From positions 12,462,001-12,526,000 of the forward strand of contig OZ059897.1 of NCBI GenBank assembly GCA_964057225.1: 64,000 nucleotides of DNA, written 5' to 3'. A program made the position numbers and the translations under genes. This document shows positions 24,078 through 42,000 of the stretch, piece by piece (within the stretch, counting starts at the first letter, position 1; every line of letters begins with the position of its first letter). Source of the DNA: Auanema rhodensis (lineage: Eukaryota > Animalia > Nematoda). The notes beneath the pieces were generated by a model. The model was not told where the DNA came from. It ran no database searches and saw nothing but the letters and a program-made list of their open reading frames with translations.

Positions 24078-26224
24078 TTAAAACAATATTAGTATAAAAA
24101 CCAGTATAAATATAATATGATGAAACTGTAGAGTATGAGATATTTTTTCTAGATCTTCTGATGCCTTTGTTGTCAAACCAGTGAAGATGTCTTTTCCAAA
24201 TTTATTCATATGATTCCAGAATGAAATCGAATTATCTAACAAATCTTCATCAAGTTTGGGATGAGGCTTCATCATCAGATATGTATGATTGTTATTAAAA
24301 GGTGGCCATTCTGTAATAGTGGTAGAGGGGTTTCTAAAAAAAAACTTCTTTTTTTTTAATCTCTGATGATATCAAACCCAGTTTTTATAAATTCAACGAA
24401 AAATGCTAAGAGATTGTTCTGGATCATCACGTCGTCTAGCGAAAAAGCAAATGGGCTAAATGCGAAGTTTCCATTCAAGTAAGCCAAATCTTGTCCAAAA
24501 TAACTTCCTGATGTCATTATTGAAACTGTATTCAAGATATATCTGTTTACCTTTATCAAAAAATGCCTCTGAATACTGGCCTTCTGGAGTATAATCCCAA
24601 TACATCACAAAACATGAAGCATGATTGTGAATTCGGTCCATAATTTCTCGGGCTAACGGTACTTTGTAATTAATATCATCGATTAGCTGTAAGAAATAGC
24701 TATCAAAATAATTTCTTGAGATAAATCACCTTAAGAAACTCTGAAGTTAGCTGTCGAGAAGACATGTTTGCAAATGGAATATATTGCTTAATGATTTCCT
24801 TTTCAGCACGTGGAAACAGGTTTTCATATAATGGAGATATGTGATCTTTTATATATCCAATTAGCATCTCCTTATTAAAATCAGAAAAAACGTTAGGAAA
24901 TTGTTTTAAATATTCTGAAAATCGTTTATATTTAGTTGAAATTTTTATTTAGAAATTATTACCTCTAGAACGAGATTCATATTGTACAAATGTTGCCAAA
25001 ATTGGTATTGGTTTGCTTTGTTTTATCATAATTTCAGGATCAAAAGGTAAAAAAGTATCGCCAATAGTTGGTCCAAATCGCATGTGTTTCTTAAAATAAG
25101 GAAATGAAATTAATTGTTTTTTCTGAATCAGATAAGATCATACAGTTTCTTTCCAAATATCATCAATGCTTATATTTCTCAAACAATCCAAGAATTCTTC
25201 ATTTTCTTCTGTTGAACAGTTAAAATAGTCAATAAATATTTTTGAATTATTTGATAATATTTTCTGATATGATCCAATATTCCATATCGTTCCACTCATT
25301 TGAATTGATTGAGCTACCATATCTATTACAGTTGTTAAATTTATTTTAAATATGAGTTTAAAACCTCTTGATTCTGGTGAAATAGTATGAACACTGGAAT
25401 AAGCAGATCCTATACCGTGTCCCATTAAAGTGATTTTCTCACTATCACCCCCAAATGAAGGTATGATGTCATGTATAAATTGAAGAGCTAGATTTTGATC
25501 CCATAACCCAAGATTAGGAGGAATATTCAATTCAGGAAGATGCAAAAATCCTAAAATTTCAAAAACAAAATCCAAGACTTGAACGTTTAAAATATTTTTT
25601 CATTTAATAAGAATTATTTTTTTTAATATTAATAAATAGATTATAGTGTGTTCAGTTTACCTAATGGTCCCTGTCGGTATTCAATTGTGATTAATATTAT
25701 TCCGTTTTTGACGAGTCGTAATGCCAGTTCTCTATCATCAATTGGAGAAGAATAAAATTCTGATGACAAATAGACAACAACAGGTAGCTTTGTAGTCTAA
25801 AAAGTATTTTTTGTGAAATTGTTTGATTGAAGAAATGAAATAACATTGCCGATTTCCGTTGGAGTATATATATCTAAATAAAGACAATCTTCGGAATAAT
25901 CATATCCATCTATATGATATCGATAGCATGAAGGTTTTTTCTCAATCGCTTCGTACGGAGATGACCAAGGCGTTGGAAATTTGCTTTTCTAAATGTAACA
26001 AGTGATGTATAAACACTGATGCCGAACAGAAGTGAAACCTTGAAACGATTTGCTGGTGTTAGCTGTTCGGCATACGATATTCCTTCAAAAACTAATATGG
26101 TTTGAGATCCTTGAGATAATTCATAACCAATGATATCTCCAAAAGAAGTTGATACAGAAGTAGATGGAGATTCAATACAAGATTGGACGGTAAAAAAAAT
26201 ATTTAAAAATGAACACAAATTCAT
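24078..26224 (-). CDS. Type-B carboxylesterase-like protein, predicted inactive, with a hydrophobic C-terminal (GPI-like) tail
   Basis: Family motifs FEGISYA, SEDCLYLDIYTP, IEYRQGPLGFLH, NLGLWDQNLALQFIHDIIPSFGGDSEKITLMG, IQMSG, F..TGNP and WPPF are present. The nucleophile elbow reads GHGIG. Confidence 0.88.
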
Positions 26225-27498
26225 TGTCAGTAAAGTGTTGAAGAGAAATTTTTTGATAATTTTAAAATATATATATATATATGTAGGTGAATAACCGAAT
26301 GGAAATTGTGATACACATCACAGAGCTTATGTAAATTTTTTGAAACCTATGAATCATTTTTAAATTTTTTTTCACGTCATGTTTTTAACTAAATGTTCTC
26401 AAAATTGAATTACAAAGTACAACTTGGTGAAATTAGTTAATATGTAATGGTTGTTTTGAAGTGAAAGAAAGGTTGAATATTTAAAATTTGGATGAAATAA
26501 TATTTTTTCTTCAATTACAATACAGAGATCTAAAAGATTTATAAATTCGCATTTAATGAAATTCCCTTGCACATCCAGACTATATGTTGACTGATTGCAT
26601 TGAATTAATCAATTCGTTTGATAATTGTTGCAATAATGAAGATAAAAGACAAATTCTATTTGAAATTTCCATTTGTTCTTGAATTTATAAAAGTTCGTTT
26701 GAGTTCTTTTTGCCTTATATCATATTTGCTTTGTTAACTGATTGATTGTGAAGAAGAGATGAAGATATTAATGAAAAAAGTCAACAAATGATTCCATTTT
26801 ATTGACAATTTCACAAATTATATCAGTTTCTTAACTAACCATCTTCATCATTACTCAAGCATATTTGATCCCTTTTTAAATCATTTTTTATCATTTTTTT
26901 TGTTTCTTTTCGCCTCTCAGCTAGTGAATATAATAACTCATAATGAAATAATTTAACAATAATTGAAAATCAAACGAATAATCTTGTAAAATATTATTAA
27001 AAAGAATTGTTTGGACATAAAGCTTTAAGTAAAGACAAGAACCATGAAGTTAATATTCTTACCTTTTTTTGTATGATCAGTTCTCTACATGCTGTTATAC
27101 TACCCAACATGTCAATATTTCAAAAACTGTAACCAAATCTATACATGTTCCCTTTTTTTGCTACTAAATATTTATTATATAACAACAAAAATTTAGTTCT
27201 CGATGTGTTTTGAAAGTAGGCATGATATTCATATTTTTTTTTACCAAGATCTACTGGAATTGTAATGATCAAAAGGACCAATACGCGTAGACCGGTTTTT
27301 CAAACACAGATATGTACATGTGCATTTGGGCTAGCTGGCATTTCTCATATTTGTTTCTATTTGAACATAATAATATCATATATATATATATTAATGTATT
27401 ATATTATTTTTATGTTATTTTTAAATTGTATATGAAATGAACAATATCTGTTTAGAACTAAGAAATGTCAATATAGAAAGCAAAATAACGAAGGCATA

Positions 27499-30400
27499 AT
27501 GGAAATGACACATATTCCAGTAAACACAGTACGTTAATCTTTTTTTCTAATATATTCTTTAGATAAATGAAACAAAAATTAATTTTTCTTTTATTCAGGA
27601 GCAAGTTGAACCTGTTCAAGCTGAACCTGAAGCGAAAAGCACCAAAAATACCATAAAAAGCAAATGGCAAAGTTTCTGTCGATTAAAAAAACGTAAACTT
27701 TATATTAAATTTTAGCAATCATCTGTACATTTTAAAAACTCTCTTCATTCTTTTCTTGTGTATTCTTTATTTTTTAAACTTTGTTTACAGAAGTTTTTGG
27801 AACAATATCCGAGACTTATAATGGATTCAGTAAGTTTATGACTGAACATAGCAACTATACTAAATCTGGAGTGATTGTTGTCCTAATTTTAGCATTTCAT
27901 GTATATTTAGGTATTAAATCCTCTTGTTATACTTTTTTTTTCTAAAGTTTTAATATTAAAATTCATATAATCACTTTCAGTATGTGCCGCAATTCATAAT
28001 TTTTCTAAAGCACAAGTGTTAATCGTAGTCACAGGTATTATATGGGTTTATGTTATAATATTTGAAGTAAATTTGCTTTTTACATTTAAAATCATAATTA
28101 TTTTTATTAAAATAGGTTATATGGCCAAGATACGGGGAATGTATTAAAGAAACAGTATTTGTACCATGTAGCTCCGGTGGTAAACGAGCATGGAAGCTTC
28201 CCGGATTCCAAATGTTAGTTTTTAAATACAGATTCGTATTACATATAACATTTCAATCAATCAATTTATTTAAAAAGTTTTAAAAATACTATTTTTTATT
28301 ATTTTAGTGGTTTCTATGGTATGCTCGTTATTGCTCTGCTAACGTTTCTAATTGTTGACACTTGGAATGACCGTAGAAGACTTATTGGAATAGGAGGAAT
28401 TATTTTTTTCTTAATCTTGATGATATTACTGTCCAAAAATCGAAGAAAGGTTTAATAACTATATATTTAACAACATATATTCTGAAATTGTAAGATAAAT
28501 TGGAGACCAGTAGTATGGGGATTTGTTTTACAGTTCTGTCTTGGACTTATGGTGTTGAGATGGAGATGGGGAAATCATCAATTTCAAAAATTTTCTCATC
28601 TGATTGTAGTATTCTTAGATTTTACTAATAATGGTTACAAATACTGTTTAAACCCATATATCATTACATTTAATATGCTTAGGAACTTCATTCGTTTATG
28701 GATTTTTAGCCACGCCACCAAATATATGTGGAATGAGTCCAATATTTTTCTTTACGGTACGTCGTTGGATTGTAATATTGTATAATATTCAAAATTTACA
28801 AATAGAAACAGTATTTTTCTAGTCTTTACAAGTTGTTATATTCTTCGGTTCTGTTGTGGCCGTTCTGTACCACATTGGAGTGATGCAGCTTGTTTTGAAG
28901 AAAATGGCTTGGTTAGTAATGTGCAACCTTGAATTTAAAAATTTAGTTTTCGATAAATAGCACAGCAAATTAATGAAAGCTTAGTTTCAAGATTTCTGAT
29001 CTTGTTGTTGACATAAAATTATTTAAGGTTTATGCAAATGACGTTATCAACAACAGCAACTGAATCATTGAATGCTTGTGCTTGTATTTTCCTTGGACAG
29101 GTAATTATGCAAGAAATTATATATTATTAATTTTAACTATTTTGTTTCAGTCTGAAGCTCCTCTTCTTATTAAGCCATACCTTGAACGCATGACAGCATC
29201 TGAGCTTCATGCTATTATGACCAGTGGTTTTTCATGTATAGCTGGATCCTTATTTGCTGCTTACATAGCTTTTGGAGCTTGTCCATCGTAAACTATTGAT
29301 AGCATCAGCATTTGTGAGAAAGAGTCCATTTTCAGATATTTACTGTCTTCAACAGTGATGTCTGCTCCTGGTTCATTAGCTTGCTCAAAGGTTCTCTTCC
29401 CTGAGACTGAAGAAAGCAACTTGAAAGATGTGAAAGACTTGGAGCTTCCAAAGGGGTTAGTTATAATTGCTTGCGTCATTTCCAATAAAATTTATTGTTT
29501 TTTGAAGAGAAGAATCAAATGCTCTTGAATGTATATCAAATGGAGCTGTCTCAGCCATTGAGCTTGTAGCGGCAATTGCCGCCAATCTCATCGTCTTCCT
29601 AGCTTTACTGGCTTTTATCGACAGCATTCTCAGCTATTTCGGAGAATTAATTGGCTATGAAGGATGGTCTTTCGAGGTTTGTTTTTTTTATATTTATATT
29701 CATATACATTCATAGTTGTTTGTGTCTATATATGTTTATATTACAAAACATATTATATGTATATAATATAGTATATATAATACTTTCTTGTATTTCCCTT
29801 CTTTTTTTGCTGACTCTTTCTTTCACTTCATTCATTTTCTGTCCTTTTGGCATTTGCAAGCTGTACATGTATTGTTAAATGACAGAAGAGGACGTCATAG
29901 CATGTTTTCAACTTTTTGTTTTCACAACAAAAAAAGTTTATATATATATTTATATATAAGCTTGTATATGTATATACAAAGTATATTTGGTACTATGCAT
30001 ATACAATATATATACATATATATACACAATACATACATATCCATTATTATATAGTACACATGATTATCTTATATTTCAAAATTCCATAATAATTCATAAT
30101 CGATGAGAAAAAAATATTTTCTATTAAGCTGATTGTAAGCATGCGCATACGAAGAGAAAATAATAATTGTAACTACTATATACGCATATTTAGTTATATA
30201 TTATTATCATTCTATTAAAGAATATGATATTTTGAAAAAAAATTTTCTTTAACAACCAAAAGCGAATAATAAATTACACGTGAAATATTTGATTTATAGA
30301 TTTATATATGATTCACGTGGAAATGCCAGCTTGCATTTCACATAAGATTAGCAAATATCACCTATTTAGTATTCTATCAGATTTGTGTTTTTTTTTGTCA

Positions 30401-33400
30401 GTTTTATCCACCTATTTGGAAGATAATGCTAAAAATAGATTATATATATATATATATATATATAGGTGTGTGTTTCTACATCTATTCAAATATATTTAAA
30501 TTTATAATTATAATATTATAAACATTTATAGAAGAATACATAATAGAAATTTATATAAAAAGTAGATATATGTATGTATATGATAGGATAGATAGCGTTT
30601 TGATGATCTACTACTTCTCAATCATTTTTCCTGTAAATTAAAGTAATATAATTACAATAGTATATTTTTATTTATAATTATTTGTGAAAACATTTTTTAA
30701 CTAGTTGTAAGCACTAAAGAATCCCTTGATAGTTTCCCTTGGTCTTATAACATCCAATTATCTTCAAACCAGTTGTCACTAATCAGTGTCTCCACAAACA
30801 TGTATTGACTCTCCCGGGGGATTGACTTCATTCGGTTACTTAAAAATAGCTTCAGATTTTTAAAGCGAACAAACACAATGTCAAGATTTGACGTGTTTCT
30901 GTTCTCTTTTTCAAACAGTTTAACACAAAAATAAAAAGATATAGCTATGTATTATATGCATTTGATTACGCTTATAGTATATTTTAGAAGAATATTCCAT
31001 TGAAAAAAGAAATATACATATATGAATGTATGCATATAAGCATAAGGGAGATTATAAGATTTATATAGGTTAATTAAGAACGTATAGCTTACATCTATCC
31101 ATACAAACACCTATTCATAATACTTATATTGTGAGAACCTTTTAATCTTATATCTTTTACATTTATCAACATTATATCACTATAGTCAGTTTAGTTAAAT
31201 AGAACGTCTTAATTTCTTTATCTCTCTCTTTCTCTTTTAGTTTCTCTAGAGTAACTCTGTTCTTCTTTCCTCTTTCCTATTTCCTCACTTCTCTTCTCAT
31301 GTTCAAGACTCCATCTCTTTTCTCCTTTACTCAAGCTCCATCTTCGGATTTATTGAATTTCATTAGTGTAGTCAGTACATGGTTGCTAATAGCTTAGTTA
31401 AATGACTAATCCTTGTCTGCCGGAAAAGAAAACGACCTGGCAGGCTTCAGTAGGCGCCGGATCAGCAGAGAAAGAGAATTAAAAATTTAAAACAAAACAA
31501 AACCACTTAAATAGAATAAAAATAGAAAAAAAGCATAAGAAAACAAAACAAAAACCTAAACCTTTTCATTAATAATATCATTGACATGATCTTATTAATG
31601 AGTGCTTTATTAAATATGCAATTTACTTTTACTTCTGATGTGATTTATTGTTTTCAGCTCATTCTCGGCTACTTATTCTTCCCCTTTGCTTTCCTAATGG
31701 GAGTTACGGATAATTTCCAAGAAACTTTACGAGTTGCTCAACTTATGGGCACAAAAACAGCTCTGAATGAATTTATAGCTTATCAGAAATTAGGACAAAT
31801 GGTTACACACCAACCTCCACTAATCAGTGTAAGATAATTGTATTCTAATCATTAGTATAAACATCATATTCTAGCCTAGGTCAGCTATGATTGCCACATA
31901 CGCCTTATGCGGATTTTCAAACTTTAGCTCAATTGGAATTCAATTAGGAGTTCTTGGTGATTTTTAATAACTCATAGGGTTTTCAAGGCATAAGTATATT
32001 CAGGAGGTATGGTGCCCTCGAAGAAAAAAGTTTTGGCAAAAATTGTTCTGCGAGCTTTGTTAGCAGGATGTATAAGCTGTTTCTTTACTGCTACAGTTGC
32101 AGGTAAACTAGTTATTTTATTTATTGAACATATATAATATAAAGAAATAATGGTTAGTAAACGTTCAGGATTTTTTTAAAATTTAATATTTTCAATGCTA
32201 TTCATCTTGTTATCTTTCCCAAATTAGAAAGATTCATAGTTATACCTACGGCTAATATACGAAGTTTACAATCTCAGTAGGTATCTATCACACCTTCAAG
32301 CCTATTTGTTGCTTTCGTTGCGAATTTGAAGCTTGTAGAAAATAATGAATATGAACAAATTGTAGTTATTATTCCACACCCATATAGTATACAAATAGAA
32401 AAAAATTTTTTTTTGTTTCTTTACATTTTATTCTCGACGATCATATCTTCCGGGAAAATGTTATCATTTTATTCTGGTGATGATTGAAACATAGGCTCTT
32501 TCCCTTCTTAGAAATAAGCTGAGTGTGATAGAAGTATGTTGTTGTTGATATTCCCTGAAAATTTTCATTACAACAACTCTATTCTATATCACGCTGTCAT
32601 ATTCAGTCTTTGAAAAGAGGAATAGAAGAAGAATAAGGATAAAATGCTTAAAATGAGAGAAGAAGAAAGGATAAGACAGATCTCACAGTTGACGTTAAAT
32701 ATCCTCTAATAGCTTTTTGAAATGTTCATTCAGATTTAATCTGCTCTTTTTAGTACTTACCGCAAAATTCATACACGACGATTTGTGAATTTTGGATTAA
32801 CTTCTCCAAATTTATTTGAAAAACTTGAAATCAAACAAACGTTTTTCTTTAAACAAGTTCTCAACATAAATACTTGAGAAGAGAAGAGGAAGGCTATCAA
32901 TTAGCTTTGGAGAAGTCGATAAGCATAGAAATGTTAAACGGAGTTCACCCAATAGTAGAAATATGTTTAACAGATCTGTCTGCTATGCTTTTTTTCAATA
33001 TTTAGATAACAGTCTTTATGATCGTTTCACATTCAAAATCTAATAACTGCATGAATTCTTCCCCCAGCTGATTCTGTCTTTTATGTTCATTGGCATGGAA
33101 AACATTGAAAATGTATTAGGTTCAGATAGAAAAAGGTAGAAGAAATATATCAATATTTTTGATTCTGCTCAGAAGTGAATAGTTAGAAAGAAAATATGGA
33201 GGGAGAGAGAAAAGGAAAGGGGCAGATAGATAGAAAGGAGAAAGAAAGAGCGAGAGAAGGGAAAGGAATGACGACGTGTAAGTAGGAAGACTGATAGCGG
33301 TCTATTATAATTTGGTTTGAGGTCTGTCTCTTTGAGCAAAAGAAAATAAAAAGAGCAGAGAGAAGAGAGAAGAAGAAAACTACTACTTGAGATTTTCAAA

Positions 33401-35019
33401 GCCAGATGGCAAAGGCCGTGACGCCTCGAATGATTGCTCTTTTTCGTTTTGCCGTCTCCGGAAAGAAGAGGAACGATTAACGACGTTGAAGAAGTCTAAG
33501 AAGAGTAGCTGAAAAATGAAGACAGGGAGACAAAGAAGACAACGAAGTATAAGAAGGAAAAGAAGAAGACGTTTCTCTCTGTTCCTAAAGGGGGGGGGTT
33601 CAGTTGGAATACATGTGCTCACGTACATACTAACGTGAACATTCAAGTTCCTTTATATGTAAATGCACATAGATGAACATGACCATGAACAAAGACTGCG
33701 AAAAAAGTAAAGATAGGCAGAATAAGAAAGATAGACGGCCTTGGGTTTTCTTTCTTTTAGCTTTTTATCCTCCTCTGTTTCTCTACCTAGTCTTTTCCAC
33801 TCCCTTCTTCGTTTCATGCATTTTCCCTCAACGTAACAGCGCGATGCGTTCACTCTATGTCTCTGCTTTACTTAGCCGCATCTTCTGGTCAGTGGCATAG
33901 TGTGACCAAGGCAGCATGGAGAAATAGAAGCTATAAAGCGATTCTTTTTAGTAGAATGCGCATAAGTGCTTCGACTTAGTCTTAATTTAAGCCTTATTTA
34001 GAAATCGAACTATTCAGCTTCAGGGTTCTTCTGTCGTTTCATAAATTTAGGGTTCCGCCTCTAAATTCTACTACTTATTTCGAGACAAAAATCTTAGAAA
34101 ACGATAAATGCTGATGAATTTTTTTACCAAAAACAAGCTGAATGAAAACAATGAAGTGGGTAGAATTGCGAGTATATAATAAATTATTGATACGAATTTT
34201 ATATATTAATAGATTGGAACAGGTAATTAAAATAAGTGAACAATTAAATCTGTAAGATGTTCACTATTACTACACTACCTGTCCCCTCTTTTCGATCATG
34301 CTGTTAGCTTTTTAAAGATGGCTCTATGAGCATATATACACATACTGGTCATGAAACACATGACATGTAATACTCTACTAAACGTTTTGAACAAAAAAAA
34401 GTCATTCATATCAGTGCATTCTCCACATTGTTTCAAATCATTTCTAATCAAAGAGAAAATGCAAAAGTCCCTAATAGGTTCAAAAATCTTAATACTGTTT
34501 TAACAGGAATGAGGGGGAGGAGAGTGAAGGGAGTGAATAGATCCAAAAAGGCGTTAATGCTTAAGCCTGGAAGAATCATACAGAGGTTGCACTTCTCGGT
34601 TGTGAAAACTTAATCATGGGTTAATCGGAAAATTAGAAAAAGAAAAATAAGGAAGAGAAAGTGTAGAAAATTGCAGAACAAAATCAAAAAATCATGAATA
34701 TTAATCCCTATAAAATTTGATTCATTCCTTTCAAAACTAGAGCTTCTATCGTTCGTTGGAAATTTTTTCTTTTTTTTTTGATTTTCCACTTATCAGCTGA
34801 TGATGCTACAAACTGAATCCATAAAAATATTATCTTGAAATGATAAAAACAGAGGTCTAATCAATTATTTTCAGGAATTCTTGTTGAAAACCCCGTTCAC
34901 TGCGCTCCGATAAATTCACAGATAAACTGTTTTAACGTGTCTATGTATACCAATGACGTCATCAAAACCACAACAACCGCACTTCCATTTACAATATCAA
35001 CACCGAGGGTAGAACTTTA

Positions 35020-35020
<1 letters not shown>
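27499..35020 (+). CDS. Concentrative Na+/nucleoside cotransporter (SLC28/CNT family)
   Basis: [31 protein letters not shown]|[61 protein letters not shown]. Two large introns (29677-31657, 32103-34874). The last exon ends ..TPRVEL* (TAA 35018-35020). The start is tentative. Confidence 0.92.
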
Positions 35021-35051
<31 letters not shown>

Positions 35052-36596
35052 GTATGCCTATCCATATACATTTTTTAATTTTTCCCAATTGCTTTTATGA
35101 AGTTCATTGTTTCGTTTTGTACAGTACTTTCATAATTATTTTAATTTCTCAACTCAAGGGTAGGATATAAAACTACTATATCACAATATTTTTTTTTCAA
35201 TGATATACTCAAGTATAACTTTTTTAGAGATTTTCGTGTTTTAATATGATTAATTCAACAAGATACAAATAAAACTTTTGTTTTATGTTAATATATCTAA
35301 TTTAAGAAAAGTAAGGAATTTTATTAGAGTTCAGCATCAAAGATTTCACAAACTCACCAGCGGATCATTAATGGATTTGCCATTTTTTCGTATTTTGCTC
35401 CCTGTACGTGTATGGCTCCAAGTGAACGTCATCACAGTTTTTCAGATCTTGGTTGTTTATCGACCGAAAACAAGCAGAGAATGGTTATATACGGTCTAGT
35501 TTCTAATTATGAAGATTTATATAGTTTTTTATTTTTGCAAATGTGGTAGGTTTAGAGCTTGTTGTAACATAACGAACAATGTCCCAGCTTTTGTAACAAG
35601 AATAAGCGTTTACTCTGTATACGAATTAACCAATATCGCTAGATCGTTAAGATGCATTTAGGCTTTGATCATAAGCCTAGAATATGTTCCCAATAGAATT
35701 CGTTCTCATATTGTGTCGCTATTTTCCTATTGTACTATTATCTTTGACAACAGGTTATGAGAGATTATAAAAGTATGTGGAATTGTAATGATGTAAATGT
35801 CCTATAAGGAAAGTGATGTAAGAAATATTTTAGACAAAAAAATGATTTGTCAAAAACAAGGGAAGAAAACAATAATAACTAAAGGTCATTATTGATACCA
35901 TAAGATAAAGCGTTTTTCATAATACTTTGTAAAAAAAATTTGAGAGTACACGCACAAGGTATTCCTAAACATTTCGCAAATGAATCGAAAAATGAAAACA
36001 ATACATTGATCATTGTGAGTTGTAGTATCCCATACTTGCTGTAAATTTCAAACATTCACCTAGGTTTTCAGTCTTTTAACCCAATAACAAAGACATTTCT
36101 CTACAAGTACGCTCCAGCGTCAATTGTTAAGAATCAACAACGTAAACAACCGAATAACAAAACCGTTCACATCAGTCAGTGCTAAATCAGCTTCAAAATA
36201 TACTAAAATCACACACTACAACTGACCGAATTCGACTAATTCTTTGTTGGAAAAGAACGGAAAAAACAAAAGAATATCTTTTTATTATTCTTTATTAAAA
36301 GTTTGTTACGATATACAAAAACGTGAATACTATTATTGTATTTTTTTGTGCGGAGACAGAAATTCATGTATATAACACACACACTATATAATATAGGAGA
36401 TATCTCATCTCCAAAAATAAACAACTATTCACATAGTTTTCCCTTCGCTCTCTCACTCACTCACACACTGCTGAGTCCCAGCAAGACCACAGCAGAGTCC
36501 AGCCTAGCTCAATTCAGCCTGCCAGCTAGGCATTGCTCGGCCACCCCATCGGTCCGGGCCTGGCTAGACGACTAGGCATAAAATAGGGAGAGAATA

Positions 36597-36685
36597 GCAG
36601 AAACTAGGCAGAAACTAGGCAGAAACTAGGCAGAAACCAGGCAGCGGCTAGGCAGCGGCTAAGCAGCAGCTAGGCAGCTAGGCAG
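36597..36685 (+). repeat. Degenerate 11-bp minisatellite (GCAGAAACTAG drifting to GCAGCGGCTAG) upstream of gpb-1
   Basis: About eight consecutive units, most with a CTAGGC core, visible directly. Confidence 0.85.
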
Positions 36686-36719
36686 GCTGTCAGCCAGCCC
36701 CCATTCTTTCATTCGTAAA

Positions 36720-36945
36720 GAGCCACTGAGCTCCGCGACTCACAGCTGCAGCAGGCGCTACCGTATCCCTTTGCAGACTGCACATCTAACTACCTCATCA
36801 TTGAAAACCGCGTCGCGGGCCGCTCGGCGCTTGCGCACATCGATTGCCGTGCGCGTGTCTCGCTCGCTCTGTCCTATAGAAAAGGCGTGGTTGTGCGCCG
36901 GTGCATGTTGCTTGACCGGTAGGACGTTACTTCAGTATATTCAGA
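36720..36945 (+). promoter_or_regulatory. CpG-rich promoter/5' region of gpb-1
   Basis: CpG-dense patch with TATAGAAAAG at 36875-36884 and an acceptor ATTCAG about 18 nt before a CCACC-ATG start. Confidence 0.6.
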
Positions 36946-36961
36946 CGGACTCAGGTCCACC

Positions 36962-42000
<5,039 letters not shown>

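Noticed and set aside
33886-33975. tRNA-like A-box (TGGCATAGTG) and B-box-like TTCGACT
   Set aside because: No cloverleaf can be built and the B-box lacks GTTCRA.
36597-36685. CRISPR-like array
   Set aside because: The context is eukaryotic and the short contiguous units have no unique spacers.
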